Source: a virus (lineage: Duplodnaviria > Heunggongvirae > Uroviricota > Caudoviricetes). Taken from it: a DNA stretch of 64,000 nucleotides. Made by a program: the position numbers and the translations under genes. How positions within the stretch are numbered: the stretch's first letter is position 1; each line of letters begins with the position of its first letter. The stretch is taken from the IMG/VR virus record IMGVR_UViG_3300035208_005701; one strand, written 5' to 3'. The notes beneath the pieces are model-generated. The model worked only from the letters and a program-made list of their open reading frames with translations. It did no database searches and was not told the DNA's origin. Below are positions 37,347 to 46,945 of this stretch, piece by piece.

Positions 37347-38219
37347 ATGCCAAAAATAATTATTTGTAAAGGGCTTCCGGCATCAGGAAAATCTACTTGG
37401 GCAAGAGAACAATGCAAAAATGATTATAAAAGAATCAATAAAGATGACCTTAGAAAAATGTGTCATGATAATATTTATAATGGAAAAAAAGAAAAATTTA
37501 TTTTGGCGATGAGAAATATATTTATTTATGAATCATTGATGATGGGATATAATATCATTATAGATGATACTAATTTAAATCCTGCACATGAAGAAAGTAT
37601 AAGACAACTTGTGAAATCTTATTGTGATGACCAAAATTGCTCAGTTTCAATAGAAGTGAAATTTTTTGATACTCCATTAGAAGAATGTATAATAAGAGAT
37701 GATAAAAGACCTATCGGAGAAAAAGTTGGAGAAAAAGTTATTAGAGATATGTATAACAAGTATCTTAAGAAATCTGTTGAATATATTAAAGATACTAATT
37801 TAAAAAATTGTATAATAGTTGATATTGATGGGACATTAGCTATTCGAGCAGATAGAAACCAATATGATGAATCTAAAGTTTATTTGGATAATCTTAATAC
37901 AAATATTTCAGATATTGTTAATTCTTATAAGAAAAATAATCCAGATATTTATGTTATGATTTTTTCAGGAAGAAAAGATTCATGTAAAGAAATGACAATT
38001 AAATGGTTAAATAAATATCAAATAATGTTTGATGAAATTCATATGAGATCCGTAGATGATAATAGAAAAGATTCAATAGTTAAAAAAGAATTATTTGAAA
38101 CTTATATAAGAAATAAATATAATTGTTTGTTTGTTTTAGATGATCGTAATTCAGTAGTAAATATGTGGAGAAATGACTTGGGTCTTCAATGTTTACAAGT
38201 AGCAGAAGGAGATTTTTAA
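37347..38219 (+). CDS. pnk: Polynucleotide 5'-kinase/3'-phosphatase, T4 Pnk-like
   Basis: N-terminal [21 protein letters not shown] (T4 Pnk [21 protein letters not shown]). C-terminal HAD-like phosphatase IVDIDGTLA (DxDGT). Confidence 0.8.
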   Translation: [290 protein letters not shown]

Positions 38220-38221
38220 TA

Positions 38222-38668
38222 ATGAGTATTATTATTCTAATATTTTTAATGGTAAGTGGATTGTTCGGAAGTGCAAGTTTGACTTTGATATATTTTTACG
38301 ATGATAAATATAGAAAAAATTATTTAAGAGTGTGGATAATTTGTAGTTTAATATTATTTATATTAACTGGGATATGGTCTTTAAAAGTTTTAGAATGCTC
38401 ATATAAAATCCCATATTCAATTGAAAAAATATTTCCGATACAAACTACAATAAATTCTGATGGATCTATAATGCAAACATTTATATTAGATCATGATGTA
38501 ATTGATGTTAGATGGCAATTTGGTTATAATTATTCATCTGATTGTGTTGTTGTAAAAAAAATTAGGCCAGAATTTAAATGTTATGGAGTTACATACTCTA
38601 GATGTGAAAAATATGAAATTATTAATACTAACCCTGAGTCAATTGATAAGGGGATGTGTATAAATTGA
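38222..38668 (+). CDS. Hypothetical membrane protein (start moved to the ATG right after the pnk stop)
   Basis: Two TM segments (IIILIFLMVSGLFGSASL and IICSLILFILTGIW). Confidence 0.4.
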   Translation: MSIIILIFLMVSGLFGSASLTLIYFYDDKYRKNYLRVWIICSLILFILTGIWSLKVLECSYKIPYSIEKIFPIQTTINSDGSIMQTFILDHDVIDVRWQFGYNYSSDCVVVKKIRPEFKCYGVTYSRCEKYEIINTNPESIDKGMCIN

Positions 38669-39042
38669 ATGAAAGGATTGATTACATGATAAAATTGATC
38701 GATAAAGAAACAGGACAAGAAATTAAAAAATTTTCAGTAGTTAATAAACATTATTGTATGAGAAGAGATTTTATAAATCCCGGAGAAGGGACTTTAGTAG
38801 AATATGATAGAGAATATTTTGATGGAAGTCCAATTGAATTAATATATTCGATAATTATAAAAGGTAGAAACGTAGATAAAGTTTATAAAATAAAAAGATC
38901 AGATATTGAATCGGGTGGATTTATTTTTGATTTGTGTTGTATAGAACGTTTTAAATTCAACATAAGACAACATGATATAGATGTTAGTAAAAAGAGTGGA
39001 CCATTTCTTATCCAAGGTGAATCTAGAATTATAGAAATTTAA
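38656..39042 (+). CDS. Hypothetical protein (128 aa)
   Basis: ORF only. Confidence 0.35.
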   Translation: MYKLNERIDYMIKLIDKETGQEIKKFSVVNKHYCMRRDFINPGEGTLVEYDREYFDGSPIELIYSIIIKGRNVDKVYKIKRSDIESGGFIFDLCCIERFKFNIRQHDIDVSKKSGPFLIQGESRIIEI

Positions 39043-39230
39043 CTGAAAGGAATTAAATTATGTCCAACATGAGTTATTGTGCATATGAAAATACATTAAA
39101 AGATTTAGAAGATTGTTTTAAACAATTAAAACAAGAATCATTGAAAGATATAAAAGAGATGGATGATAATGAAAAAAAATCTCGAACTGACTTAATAAAA
39201 TTGTGCAAAGTGATTGGGAGAAATTTTTAA

Positions 39231-39917
39231 ATGAAAATTTCGATTTTCAATTTTAAAGTTAAATTGTTTCAACAATGCATCGGAACTTTCTCTGCTCGTG
39301 TTAGTTATGATGATTTTGATATAAATATTCATAACATCAGTTTATATATTTGGGGAGATGGAACTAAACAAATATTTTTTCCAAGTAATTATAAGAAAGA
39401 ATTTTTTATAGAATCTGAAGATATTATTAAATTTATAAAAGAGGAGCTGATTAATAATTTTTTAAATACATATTTGTATTTTAAAAATTCAATTCATAAA
39501 GAAAAGATAATATATATTATTGATATAAATTTAGAATCGATGCTTGTAGGAACATCAATTAATTTGTTTGAGTATGAATCTGAGATTAATGAAGAATTAG
39601 AAAAATTTAAAGCTGAATGTAATATAACCAATGAAGAGATTCATATATCTTATAGTAAAAATGGAAAAGATGAAGATTGTAGATTTGAAATATTGAATAC
39701 TATATTCAAATATATAGAAGATAAAAATCCTTCTCTTAGAGAAAATATTAAAATAAAATTGAAACATCTAAACAAAAATAAAGAAAAATTAAAATCAGAT
39801 GATTATAAATATCAAGATACAATGGGATATTGGCGAGATAAAGAAAGTCACGAATTGATTCATGAATTATTACCAGACAGAGTTAAAAATTATATAGCGG
39901 AGTCATATTTAAAATGA
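39231..39917 (+). CDS. Hypothetical protein (228 aa)
   Basis: ORF; ATGA junction to the next gene. Confidence 0.4.
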   Translation: MKISIFNFKVKLFQQCIGTFSARVSYDDFDINIHNISLYIWGDGTKQIFFPSNYKKEFFIESEDIIKFIKEELINNFLNTYLYFKNSIHKEKIIYIIDINLESMLVGTSINLFEYESEINEELEKFKAECNITNEEIHISYSKNGKDEDCRFEILNTIFKYIEDKNPSLRENIKIKLKHLNKNKEKLKSDDYKYQDTMGYWRDKESHELIHELLPDRVKNYIAESYLK

Positions 39918-40270
39918 AAATACGTAATGGATTTATTAGTAACAGTTCAAGTTCTAGTTTTATTCTTTCATCTAACAAATCAATTAATCCGAAGGTAATT
40001 ATAAATTTAAATAATTACATTACTGAGATTAAAAATGAAGAAGAACTTTATAGAGCATTTGTTTATGGCTACGAATTGTCTGAATGGAATAAAAAATTGT
40101 TTAAAAAGTATAAAATATGTCAAAAATTACTTCAAACAGGAAAAATAGTATATCTGGGAGTTGTGTCAGATGATTCAGATGATCCAATTTCTGAAATGTT
40201 ATCTAGAGGATTTCTTAAAAGTAAAACCAATGAATATGAAATAATTGAAGATGTAGAAAGGTTAACATGA
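39914..40270 (+). CDS. Member 1 of the 'MKxRNGFVSNSSSSSFI' N-terminal-motif paralog family
   Basis: MKIRNGFISNSSSSSFILSS.... C-terminal shared block KIVYLGVVSDDSDDPISEML..GF. Confidence 0.6.
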   Translation: MKIRNGFISNSSSSSFILSSNKSINPKVIINLNNYITEIKNEEELYRAFVYGYELSEWNKKLFKKYKICQKLLQTGKIVYLGVVSDDSDDPISEMLSRGFLKSKTNEYEIIEDVERLT

Positions 40271-40620
40271 AACATAGAAATGGTTTTGTAAGTAATTCAA
40301 GTTCAAGTTCATTTATTATTACAAATATGACAAATGAATCAAAAACAATTGTAGATTTTGCTGAAGAAAATATTAATTTAGTGCAACAGTATAATAACAT
40401 GTATGATGTTCCTTATAATCAAAAACAAATAATTAATGATGCAAAGAAAAGACTTGGACGAAATAGTAATGATGAATATAGATTTAAACCTCATGAATCT
40501 AAAAGATTAGTTTTTGGAGATTCAGATGGTGATGATATTGGACAGATATATGATTATATGTTGAGAGATAAAGGAAAATCTGAAAGTTTTAAGTGGAAAT
40601 TTGATGAGTATTTAAGATAA
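40267..40620 (+). CDS. Member 2 of the MKxRNGFVSNSSSSSFI family
   Basis: MKHRNGFVSNSSSSSFIITN.... C-terminal RLVFGDSDGDDIGQIYDYML. Confidence 0.6.
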   Translation: MKHRNGFVSNSSSSSFIITNMTNESKTIVDFAEENINLVQQYNNMYDVPYNQKQIINDAKKRLGRNSNDEYRFKPHESKRLVFGDSDGDDIGQIYDYMLRDKGKSESFKWKFDEYLR

Positions 40621-40634
40621 AAACGGAGTTTGTA

Positions 40635-40997
40635 GTGAAACAGAGAAATGGTTTTGTAAGTAATTCTAGTAGTTCTAGTTTCTGTATTAAGAAGACAGAT
40701 ATTGATCATGACGAGCTGAAAAGGTTTTTGGAGGTATATGCTGAATGTTATACATTAGTAAATGATGATCCTGAAGATTCTAAGGAACAGCAGGACACCA
40801 CAGAAGAATACTATCTCCTACGTACTGAAAGTTATACTGACACATATTTAGAAGATCATTTTAAACTTCTTGAGTTTTTGAATAAGCGAAAGATCAAAGA
40901 TTATGTTGATAAGGTTAGATACAGGGGAGATGGACGACCCGATAAGAAAGAAGAAAAACAGGCATTAAAACTAGGATATTTTCCAGATGAGGTATAA
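40635..40997 (+). CDS. Member 3 of the MKxRNGFVSNSSSSSF(C) family (GTG start)
   Basis: (M)KQRNGFVSNSSSSSFCIKK...; acidic middle region. Confidence 0.55.
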   Translation: MKQRNGFVSNSSSSSFCIKKTDIDHDELKRFLEVYAECYTLVNDDPEDSKEQQDTTEEYYLLRTESYTDTYLEDHFKLLEFLNKRKIKDYVDKVRYRGDGRPDKKEEKQALKLGYFPDEV

Positions 40998-41372
40998 ATG
41001 AAGAAAAGAGCTGGTTTCGTTTCAAATAGTTCAAGTAGTAGTTTTATTTTATCATCAGAAAAAACAAAACATTTAACAATAAAAATGGAATTGTCGTTAG
41101 ATGATCTTATTACTAAAATAATTAATACTCAAGATGAATTGATTGAATATATGTTTGATGAATATTGTTTAGATACTAAAAATCCAAATGATTGGGATGA
41201 AAGAACTAAAGAAAAATACAAAAAATTTAAATGGGAATCATCAAAAGGGAAAAAACTTATCATTGGAGATTGTTCAAATGAAGATGATAATTCATTATCA
41301 CAATTATTATATAACAAAGGATTTCCAATGTTAATGGGAGATAATTACGAAGTTGTACAAAATACTTTATAA
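40998..41372 (+). CDS. Member 4 of the family
   Basis: MKKRAGFVSNSSSSSFILSS.... C-terminal KLIIGDCSNEDDNSLSQLLYNKGF. Confidence 0.6.
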   Translation: MKKRAGFVSNSSSSSFILSSEKTKHLTIKMELSLDDLITKIINTQDELIEYMFDEYCLDTKNPNDWDERTKEKYKKFKWESSKGKKLIIGDCSNEDDNSLSQLLYNKGFPMLMGDNYEVVQNTL

Positions 41373-41382
41373 TGGAGAATTA

Positions 41383-41682
41383 ATGAAAAATCCAATATGT
41401 CCAGTTTGTGGATCAAAGATAATAATGTGCTTTGGTGCAATGGAAGCAGATACTCATTTTGAATTTATTAATGGTAAACCTGTTTTGATGAAAGTGACTG
41501 TTAACCCATATCAAAATCATGGTGATCTTGAAGAAATAAGATGTTCTAAAAATTATGAACATTTAACTGATGATAAATATATAAATATAAATGATAGAGT
41601 AAAAATGGAAGAAGAGATTTGTACACATATTCGACGATTATCAAAGACGAAATTAACTCTATCAAATAAAAAGGATAAATAA
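41383..41682 (+). CDS. Small zinc-ribbon protein (start at the internal ATG; the track start 41353 overlaps upstream)
   Basis: MKNPICPVCGSKIIMC ... CSKNYEH. Confidence 0.4.
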   Translation: MKNPICPVCGSKIIMCFGAMEADTHFEFINGKPVLMKVTVNPYQNHGDLEEIRCSKNYEHLTDDKYININDRVKMEEEICTHIRRLSKTKLTLSNKKDK

Positions 41683-42765
41683 ATGTACAAATTTAAAGAA
41701 AATAAAGAGTTCAAAATAGTTTCTTCTTCAGATTATAATTATGTATTTAATAAGTTAAATGGACAATTTGCAAGATGGGGAAAGACAAAAGAAGATGATC
41801 CGCAACAGGCTCCAGCTCCAGAGATACTTGATTTAGAAATAAGTTCTGGAGGAGATTGTTTAGGTATGTGTCCTTTCTGCTATAAAGGTAATGGTGGAAC
41901 GCAAGAAACTTTTAATATGACTTTCGAAGATTTTAAAATTATATTTGATAAAATGCCAAAGTTTTTAACTCAGATAGCTTTTGGTATTATGAATATTGGA
42001 ACTAATCCAGACTTTTTTAAAATGATGGAATACTCTAGAGAACATGGAGTTATTCCAAATTATACTTGTCATGGATTAGATGTTACTAAAGAATATGCTG
42101 AACGAACATCTAAATTATGTGGAGCTGTTGCTGTTAGTATAATTAATAAAGAAAAAACTTTTGAATCTATAAAAATGTTTGCTGATGAAGGAATGACTCA
42201 AGTAAATATTCATTATATGGTTTCAAAAGAACGATATGATGAAGCTTTTAAATTAATTGATGAAATAGCAAAAAGAAAGATTCCTGTCAATGCTGTTGTA
42301 TTTTTGCAGTACAAGTCTAAAGGAAGAGGTACTGATAAATTCTCTCCTGTTTGTAGTGTTGAAGATTATAAGAAATTAATTGAACATGCTACAAATGCAG
42401 ATGTAAGAATTGGTTTTGATTCTTGTTCTTGTCCATTGTGGTACAAAACTATAGAGGGAACAATAGAGGAAAAGAAGTCTGTAATGGGTGAACCTTGCGA
42501 AGCAGCATGTATGAGCTCTTATATTAATTGTAAAGGAGAATTCTACCCATGTTCTTTTACTGAAGGAACTACCGGATGGGAAAATGGGATAGATGTATTT
42601 TCTGCTACTGATTTTATTAAAGATATATGGAATCATCCAAGAGTAAAAGATTGGAGAATTAGATTATTGGGTACTACTAATAACTGTAATTGTAAGTTCA
42701 AAAAGATATGTAGAAAATGTCCTATATATGATATAACAGATTGTAAAAATATAAAGGATAAATAA
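41683..42765 (+). CDS. Radical SAM enzyme with a C-terminal SPASM-like Cys-rich domain
   Basis: CLGMCPFCY (Cx3Cx2C plus aromatic) after ...LEISSGGD. C-terminal auxiliary-cluster-like cysteines: DSCSCPLWY ... CEAACMSSYINCKGEFYPCSF ... NNCNCKFKKICRKCPIYD. Confidence 0.8.
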   Translation: MYKFKENKEFKIVSSSDYNYVFNKLNGQFARWGKTKEDDPQQAPAPEILDLEISSGGDCLGMCPFCYKGNGGTQETFNMTFEDFKIIFDKMPKFLTQIAFGIMNIGTNPDFFKMMEYSREHGVIPNYTCHGLDVTKEYAERTSKLCGAVAVSIINKEKTFESIKMFADEGMTQVNIHYMVSKERYDEAFKLIDEIAKRKIPVNAVVFLQYKSKGRGTDKFSPVCSVEDYKKLIEHATNADVRIGFDSCSCPLWYKTIEGTIEEKKSVMGEPCEAACMSSYINCKGEFYPCSFTEGTTGWENGIDVFSATDFIKDIWNHPRVKDWRIRLLGTTNNCNCKFKKICRKCPIYDITDCKNIKDK

Positions 42766-42766
42766 T

Positions 42767-43015
42767 ATGATGGAAATAAAAGTTCAAGCAGGACAATTAG
42801 GTATCAAAGGTTGTTACGGAGAAAAACTTTTTACGGTTTCTACTTTTGAAGATCTAATTAAAAAGATTAGACAAGAAAACAAGTTTAGAGCTAATATTGA
42901 GTTGACTTGTTATATACGTAATGAAAATCTTATTTTTCAATTTTGCAAGAAAAATAATGATGAGGTTTTATTTGAATTTAAAATTGTATCAGTAATACAT
43001 GAATCGAGGAAGTAA
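42767..43015 (+). CDS. Hypothetical small protein (82 aa)
   Basis: TAATATG junction; ORF only. Confidence 0.35.
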   Translation: MMEIKVQAGQLGIKGCYGEKLFTVSTFEDLIKKIRQENKFRANIELTCYIRNENLIFQFCKKNNDEVLFEFKIVSVIHESRK

Positions 43016-43047
43016 AAATACAAAATTGCTAAAAGGAGTTATGAAAA

Positions 43048-43437
43048 ATGTCAACTAGAAGTATAACAATTATTAAAGATGAAGAAGACAAAGAGATATG
43101 TGTATTATATAGGCACGGTGATGGTTATCCGAAAGGTCATGGACAGGATTTGGTAGATTTTTTAAAGGGAAAAAAGATAGTAAACGGAATTACTGCCTCT
43201 GATAGTTCAAATTTTAATGGGATGAATTGTTTAGCTGCTGCAATTATTGCACATTTTAAAACTGAAATAGGTGGATTTTATTTATTTCCAGCAGGAACTA
43301 GGGATAGGGGAGAAGGCTATATTTATACAATAAGTGGCAAGGTGAATGATAAATCTGCAACAATTACTGTTAGTAATTATAAAGGGGAAGATTTAGAAGT
43401 ATTATTAAGTCCCAAAGATGAAATTAATTTTATTTAG
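43048..43437 (+). CDS. Hypothetical protein (129 aa)
   Basis: ORF with AAAGGAG upstream. Confidence 0.4.
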   Translation: MSTRSITIIKDEEDKEICVLYRHGDGYPKGHGQDLVDFLKGKKIVNGITASDSSNFNGMNCLAAAIIAHFKTEIGGFYLFPAGTRDRGEGYIYTISGKVNDKSATITVSNYKGEDLEVLLSPKDEINFI

Positions 43438-43614
43438 AAACAAAGAAGTGTTAACTGTCCGTTTTCAAATATTGATACTAAAGTTAAAGAATGACTTGTT
43501 CGATATTTTGATCCAAAGAATTTTATGATGTCAATTGTTATAGTTTTGAAGAATTTAATAATTGGGCTAAATCCAATATCACGTTATTAAAAGAAGTTAT
43601 AAAATAGGAGCAAT

Positions 43615-43959
43615 ATGAAAACAAGAAATGGTTTTGTTAGTAATTCAAGTAGTAGTTCTTTTATAGTGGCTATTCCAAAGGATCATCCTACACAGTTTCA
43701 AAAAGAATTTACAATTGATACATATGAAGAAGTAACTGATGAAAAACAATTATTAGAACAATTAGAAAAAAGAGGATATTGCGAGAAAGATGATTTGTAT
43801 GAAGATTGTATTAAGCAATTAAAAAAAGGAAATAAAATAATTTTTGGGTGCAAAGGAGATCAAGATGATTCTGTTATTGATAGAGGTCTTTGTTACGGAG
43901 GGATGGAAGAGGTTCTTCCAGAAGGTGGAGCTGTAATTCAAGATTGTGATGGATATTAA
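43615..43959 (+). CDS. Member 5 of the MKxRNGFVSNSSSSSFI family
   Basis: MKTRNGFVSNSSSSSFIVAI.... C-terminal KIIFGCKGDQDDSVIDRGLCYGG. Confidence 0.6.
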   Translation: MKTRNGFVSNSSSSSFIVAIPKDHPTQFQKEFTIDTYEEVTDEKQLLEQLEKRGYCEKDDLYEDCIKQLKKGNKIIFGCKGDQDDSVIDRGLCYGGMEEVLPEGGAVIQDCDGY

Positions 43960-44380
43960 AATGAACGAACATGACAACATCGAATCAATAAAACCTACAG
44001 AATTAAAAACTCAAATTAATGTTGATAGTAAAATTTTAAGTGATAAATTTTTTGATAGTGAACTTTATGCAATAGATTGTATAATAAATGAGTCAGTTGA
44101 AAAAATGAAAGAAAGGATTAAATTTGAAAAAAAGATAAAAAAACAAACTACAAACTATAGAAAGAATATAAATCTGTTGTTTGATAAATATGATAAAATG
44201 GATAAAAAAGATTTTTTGAATGAAGAAAATAAAATAATTAAAAAATATAATAAAAGTATTGATCCAGAATATAAAAAATATAAATTTATTATAGATAAAA
44301 TAGAAAATAAATATAAAAAAATAATTGCTAATATTGATCTAAAACAAAAATACTTATTATCACAAAAGGCATTTGATTAA
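43946..44380 (+). CDS. Hypothetical Lys-rich protein (144 aa)
   Basis: About one quarter Lys; ATGA junctions on both sides. Confidence 0.4.
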   Translation: MMDIKMNEHDNIESIKPTELKTQINVDSKILSDKFFDSELYAIDCIINESVEKMKERIKFEKKIKKQTTNYRKNINLLFDKYDKMDKKDFLNEENKIIKKYNKSIDPEYKKYKFIIDKIENKYKKIIANIDLKQKYLLSQKAFD

Positions 44381-45651
44381 TGATTAAAGCATCAAGAGCT
44401 GATCAACTTGTTGAACATAAATGTTGGTATTGTAAACAAATAGTGAAATATAAACATTTCTTTCAAATAAGTAAGAAGTTAGGTTTAGTAAAATGTCCAT
44501 ATTGCTTAAAAGATTATACTATATCATATCCTATTTTAAAATTTGTTGATAGTAAATCAGCAAATGAAACGAGATTATGTAATGTTGGAACTTATAGACT
44601 TAAAGAAAATGATGAAATAAAAATAATAACCTCTCCTAGATATAATTATGTATACAACAAAAAAAATAATTCTTTTTCCAGATGGGGTGATACTCAAAAT
44701 ATAGATCTCATGTTTGCACTATCACCAGAAATAGTAGATTTAGAAATCAGTTCAAAACATGAACAATCTATTTCTAATATGACATTTTCTACTTTTAAAA
44801 TAATATTTGATAAAATACCAAAGTTTTTAACTCAAATAGTTTTTCATATTTCTGATACTACAACTAATCCAGATTTATTTAAAATGATGGAATATAGTAG
44901 AAAGTATGGAATTATGACAAATTGTATTTATTCTGGATCTGATATAATAGATGATCATATTTCAAAAATGATCAAATTATGCAGATCAATAGTTATTAAT
45001 TTAATAGATAAAGAAAAAACATTTCAATTGATAAATAAATTAATATTAAATAAGATGAAAAATATTTATATTAATTTTATATTATCTAAACAATCATTAG
45101 ATGAAGCTTTTAAATTAATAGATGAAATTAAAGAAAGAAAAATGCCTGTAAAGGCTATTATATTTTCTCAATACAAATCAAAAGAAATGGAGGTTGATAA
45201 ATTTGAACCAGTGACAAGTGTAGATATTTATAAGAAAATAATAGACTACTCTAGAACTAAACAAGTTAATATATTATTTGATTCTTGTTCATGTGCTCTG
45301 TGGTATAAAAGTATAGAGAAAACAGATCAAGAAAATCTAGCAAATTATGGAAATCAGTGTGAAAGTGGAATTTTCAATGGATTTATTAATTATAAAGGTG
45401 AATTTTTTCCATGTTCTTTTATAGAAGGAACTAATGATTGGGAAGAAGGATTAAATATATTATCTGCTGAAAATTTTATAAGTGATGTTTGGAATCATGA
45501 TAGAATTAAATCATGGAGAATTAATCTTTATTGCACTGTGCAAAATTGTTGTTGTAAATTTAAAAGAATGTGTAAAAAATGTCCAGTATATAATGTTATA
45601 CATTGTAAAGGACAATATTTTAACAAGTACGAATATCTGAAAGCTAAATAA
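44380..45651 (+). CDS. Degenerate paralog of the 41683 radical SAM/SPASM enzyme. It lacks the Cx3Cx2C SAM cluster, has gained an N-terminal 4-Cys zinc ribbon, and retains the C-terminal Cys motifs
   Basis: Aligned region EIVDLEISSKHEQSISNMTFSTFKIIFDKIPKFLTQIVF versus EILDLEISSGGDCLGMCPFCYKG...FNMTFEDFKIIFDKMPKFLTQIAF. N-terminal CWYCKQ...CPYC. C-terminal DSCSCALWY ... CESG...PCSF ... QNCCCKFKRMCKKCPVYN. Confidence 0.65.
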   Translation: MIKASRADQLVEHKCWYCKQIVKYKHFFQISKKLGLVKCPYCLKDYTISYPILKFVDSKSANETRLCNVGTYRLKENDEIKIITSPRYNYVYNKKNNSFSRWGDTQNIDLMFALSPEIVDLEISSKHEQSISNMTFSTFKIIFDKIPKFLTQIVFHISDTTTNPDLFKMMEYSRKYGIMTNCIYSGSDIIDDHISKMIKLCRSIVINLIDKEKTFQLINKLILNKMKNIYINFILSKQSLDEAFKLIDEIKERKMPVKAIIFSQYKSKEMEVDKFEPVTSVDIYKKIIDYSRTKQVNILFDSCSCALWYKSIEKTDQENLANYGNQCESGIFNGFINYKGEFFPCSFIEGTNDWEEGLNILSAENFISDVWNHDRIKSWRINLYCTVQNCCCKFKRMCKKCPVYNVIHCKGQYFNKYEYLKAK

Positions 45652-45709
45652 AATTTTAAGAAAATTAATAGAACATTTTAAAAATAAAAATAAATAAGGA
45701 GAAAAGAAA

Positions 45710-46009
45710 ATGAACGAACAGAATAACATCGAAACAACTCAGTCAGTAGAAACAACGCCAGTAAAATCAGAAATTGGAATTAGTGTAGTGATTCCTAGAT
45801 TAGAATGTAAAGGTTGTGATTTTATTGTAAAGAATGGAGAGAAGAAATATAATTGTATTAATCCAAAAAGAAAAGGTGGAAAATCTCCAATTTCAATGAA
45901 AGAATTATTGCTTGATAAATGGAATAAAGAAGGAAATTATACTTTGACTGATAAAGCTGAAGATATTGATACTTCAAAATTTAAAAAATGTCCATTGTTA
46001 AAAGCATAA
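45710..46009 (+). CDS. Hypothetical protein (99 aa)
   Basis: RBS aaggagaaaagaaaATG. Confidence 0.4.
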   Translation: MNEQNNIETTQSVETTPVKSEIGISVVIPRLECKGCDFIVKNGEKKYNCINPKRKGGKSPISMKELLLDKWNKEGNYTLTDKAEDIDTSKFKKCPLLKA

Positions 46010-46034
46010 TTGATATTAGTTTAATACATCAAAA

Positions 46035-46073
46035 TACAATGATTGCTTGTTATAACAATCATTGTATTTTTTA
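46035..46073 (+). terminator. Rho-independent terminator (tacaatgattg-cttgttataa-caatcattgta, then TTTTTT)
   Basis: Perfect 11-bp stem and a T6 run, read directly. Confidence 0.6.
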
Positions 46074-46108
46074 TAAGTTTAAAATGAATCAAGTCAAATT
46101 GAGGAGAC

Positions 46109-46342
46109 GTGATGAATCCTGAATATGTTGATTTTGATGATAAATCTTCTAATAATATTATTATCGGATTTACTGAGGATGAAACAGGAGATGAAATTTT
46201 AAAAATAAAATTATCTCTCAATGATGCCAAGAGATTAAAAGATATGTTAATTCATAGAACTAGTGAATTAGAAATTGCTAAAAGCGATGGAGATAAATAT
46301 TTTTGGTATGAAATTAATGAATACCAAAAACAATTTAAATAG
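46109..46342 (+). CDS. Hypothetical protein (77 aa)
   Basis: RBS gaggagacgtgATG. Confidence 0.4.
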   Translation: MMNPEYVDFDDKSSNNIIIGFTEDETGDEILKIKLSLNDAKRLKDMLIHRTSELEIAKSDGDKYFWYEINEYQKQFK

Positions 46343-46352
46343 GAGTATTTCG

Positions 46353-46559
46353 ATGAGTAATATTGTACCACTTGAACAAACAGATCCAGAACTTGGAGAA
46401 TTGTTAACTGAAGTAGTTAACATCAATAAAAATTATGCTAAAGGAAAAAGACCAATTATAGTAGATGGAAGTAATGTTTCTTATAAAGGACATTATATTT
46501 CAAATGATCCTTGTTATTGTGGTTCAGGAAAAAAATTTAAAAAATGTTGTATAGAGTGA
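46353..46559 (+). CDS. Small SEC-C-motif protein (start moved to the ATG after AGGAGT)
   Basis: C-terminal CYCGSGKKFKKCC matches the SEC-C zinc-binding motif C.CGSGKK.K.C(C/H). Confidence 0.45.
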   Translation: MSNIVPLEQTDPELGELLTEVVNINKNYAKGKRPIIVDGSNVSYKGHYISNDPCYCGSGKKFKKCCIE

Positions 46560-46772
46560 TTCAAAAATTTTTTGGAATAAATTATACAAGGAGAAACTAT
46601 GAAGAAACAACTATTAAATTTATTTGTGAAACATCATAGTCTACTTAGTATGATTCTTGGTGGAGGAATATTTCTACCTAGAATAATTCAGGAATAGAGT
46701 TGAAATTACTTGTTCCTGAAAGAAACCTTTTAGGAAGAAGCTAAAAGGAAGTTTAATTTTTTATATTATTAT

Positions 46773-46845
46773 CTGGGTGTGGGATAGTTGGTAATCTGTC
46801 CGGTCTGGAACCGGAAGATCAGAAATTCAAATCTTCTTACCCAGA
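46773..46845 (+). tRNA. tRNA-Pro (anticodon TGG), 73 nt, with C33 instead of U33 and a weak last T-stem pair
   Basis: Hand-folded. Acceptor ctgggtg / tacccag (C1:G72) with discriminator A73, both tRNA-Pro identity features. D-arm ggat-agttggta-atct. Anticodon arm tccgg-tcTGGaa-ccgga. T-arm agaaa-ttcaaat-cttct. Confidence 0.55.
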
Positions 46846-46945
46846 TATTTATTTTGCATCTATAGAGTAGTATTTGTGATTTCTCATCATAAGGTCTCGA
46901 TGCAATTTTGAGTAAACTCTTATTTAATTTAAAGGATATATTTAT

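Noticed and set aside
46856-46911. Possible tRNA between tRNA-Pro and the 46946 gene (gcatc...gatgc)
   Set aside because: Only about 56 nt, with no TTC T-loop and no foldable D or anticodon arms. Probably a simple hairpin.
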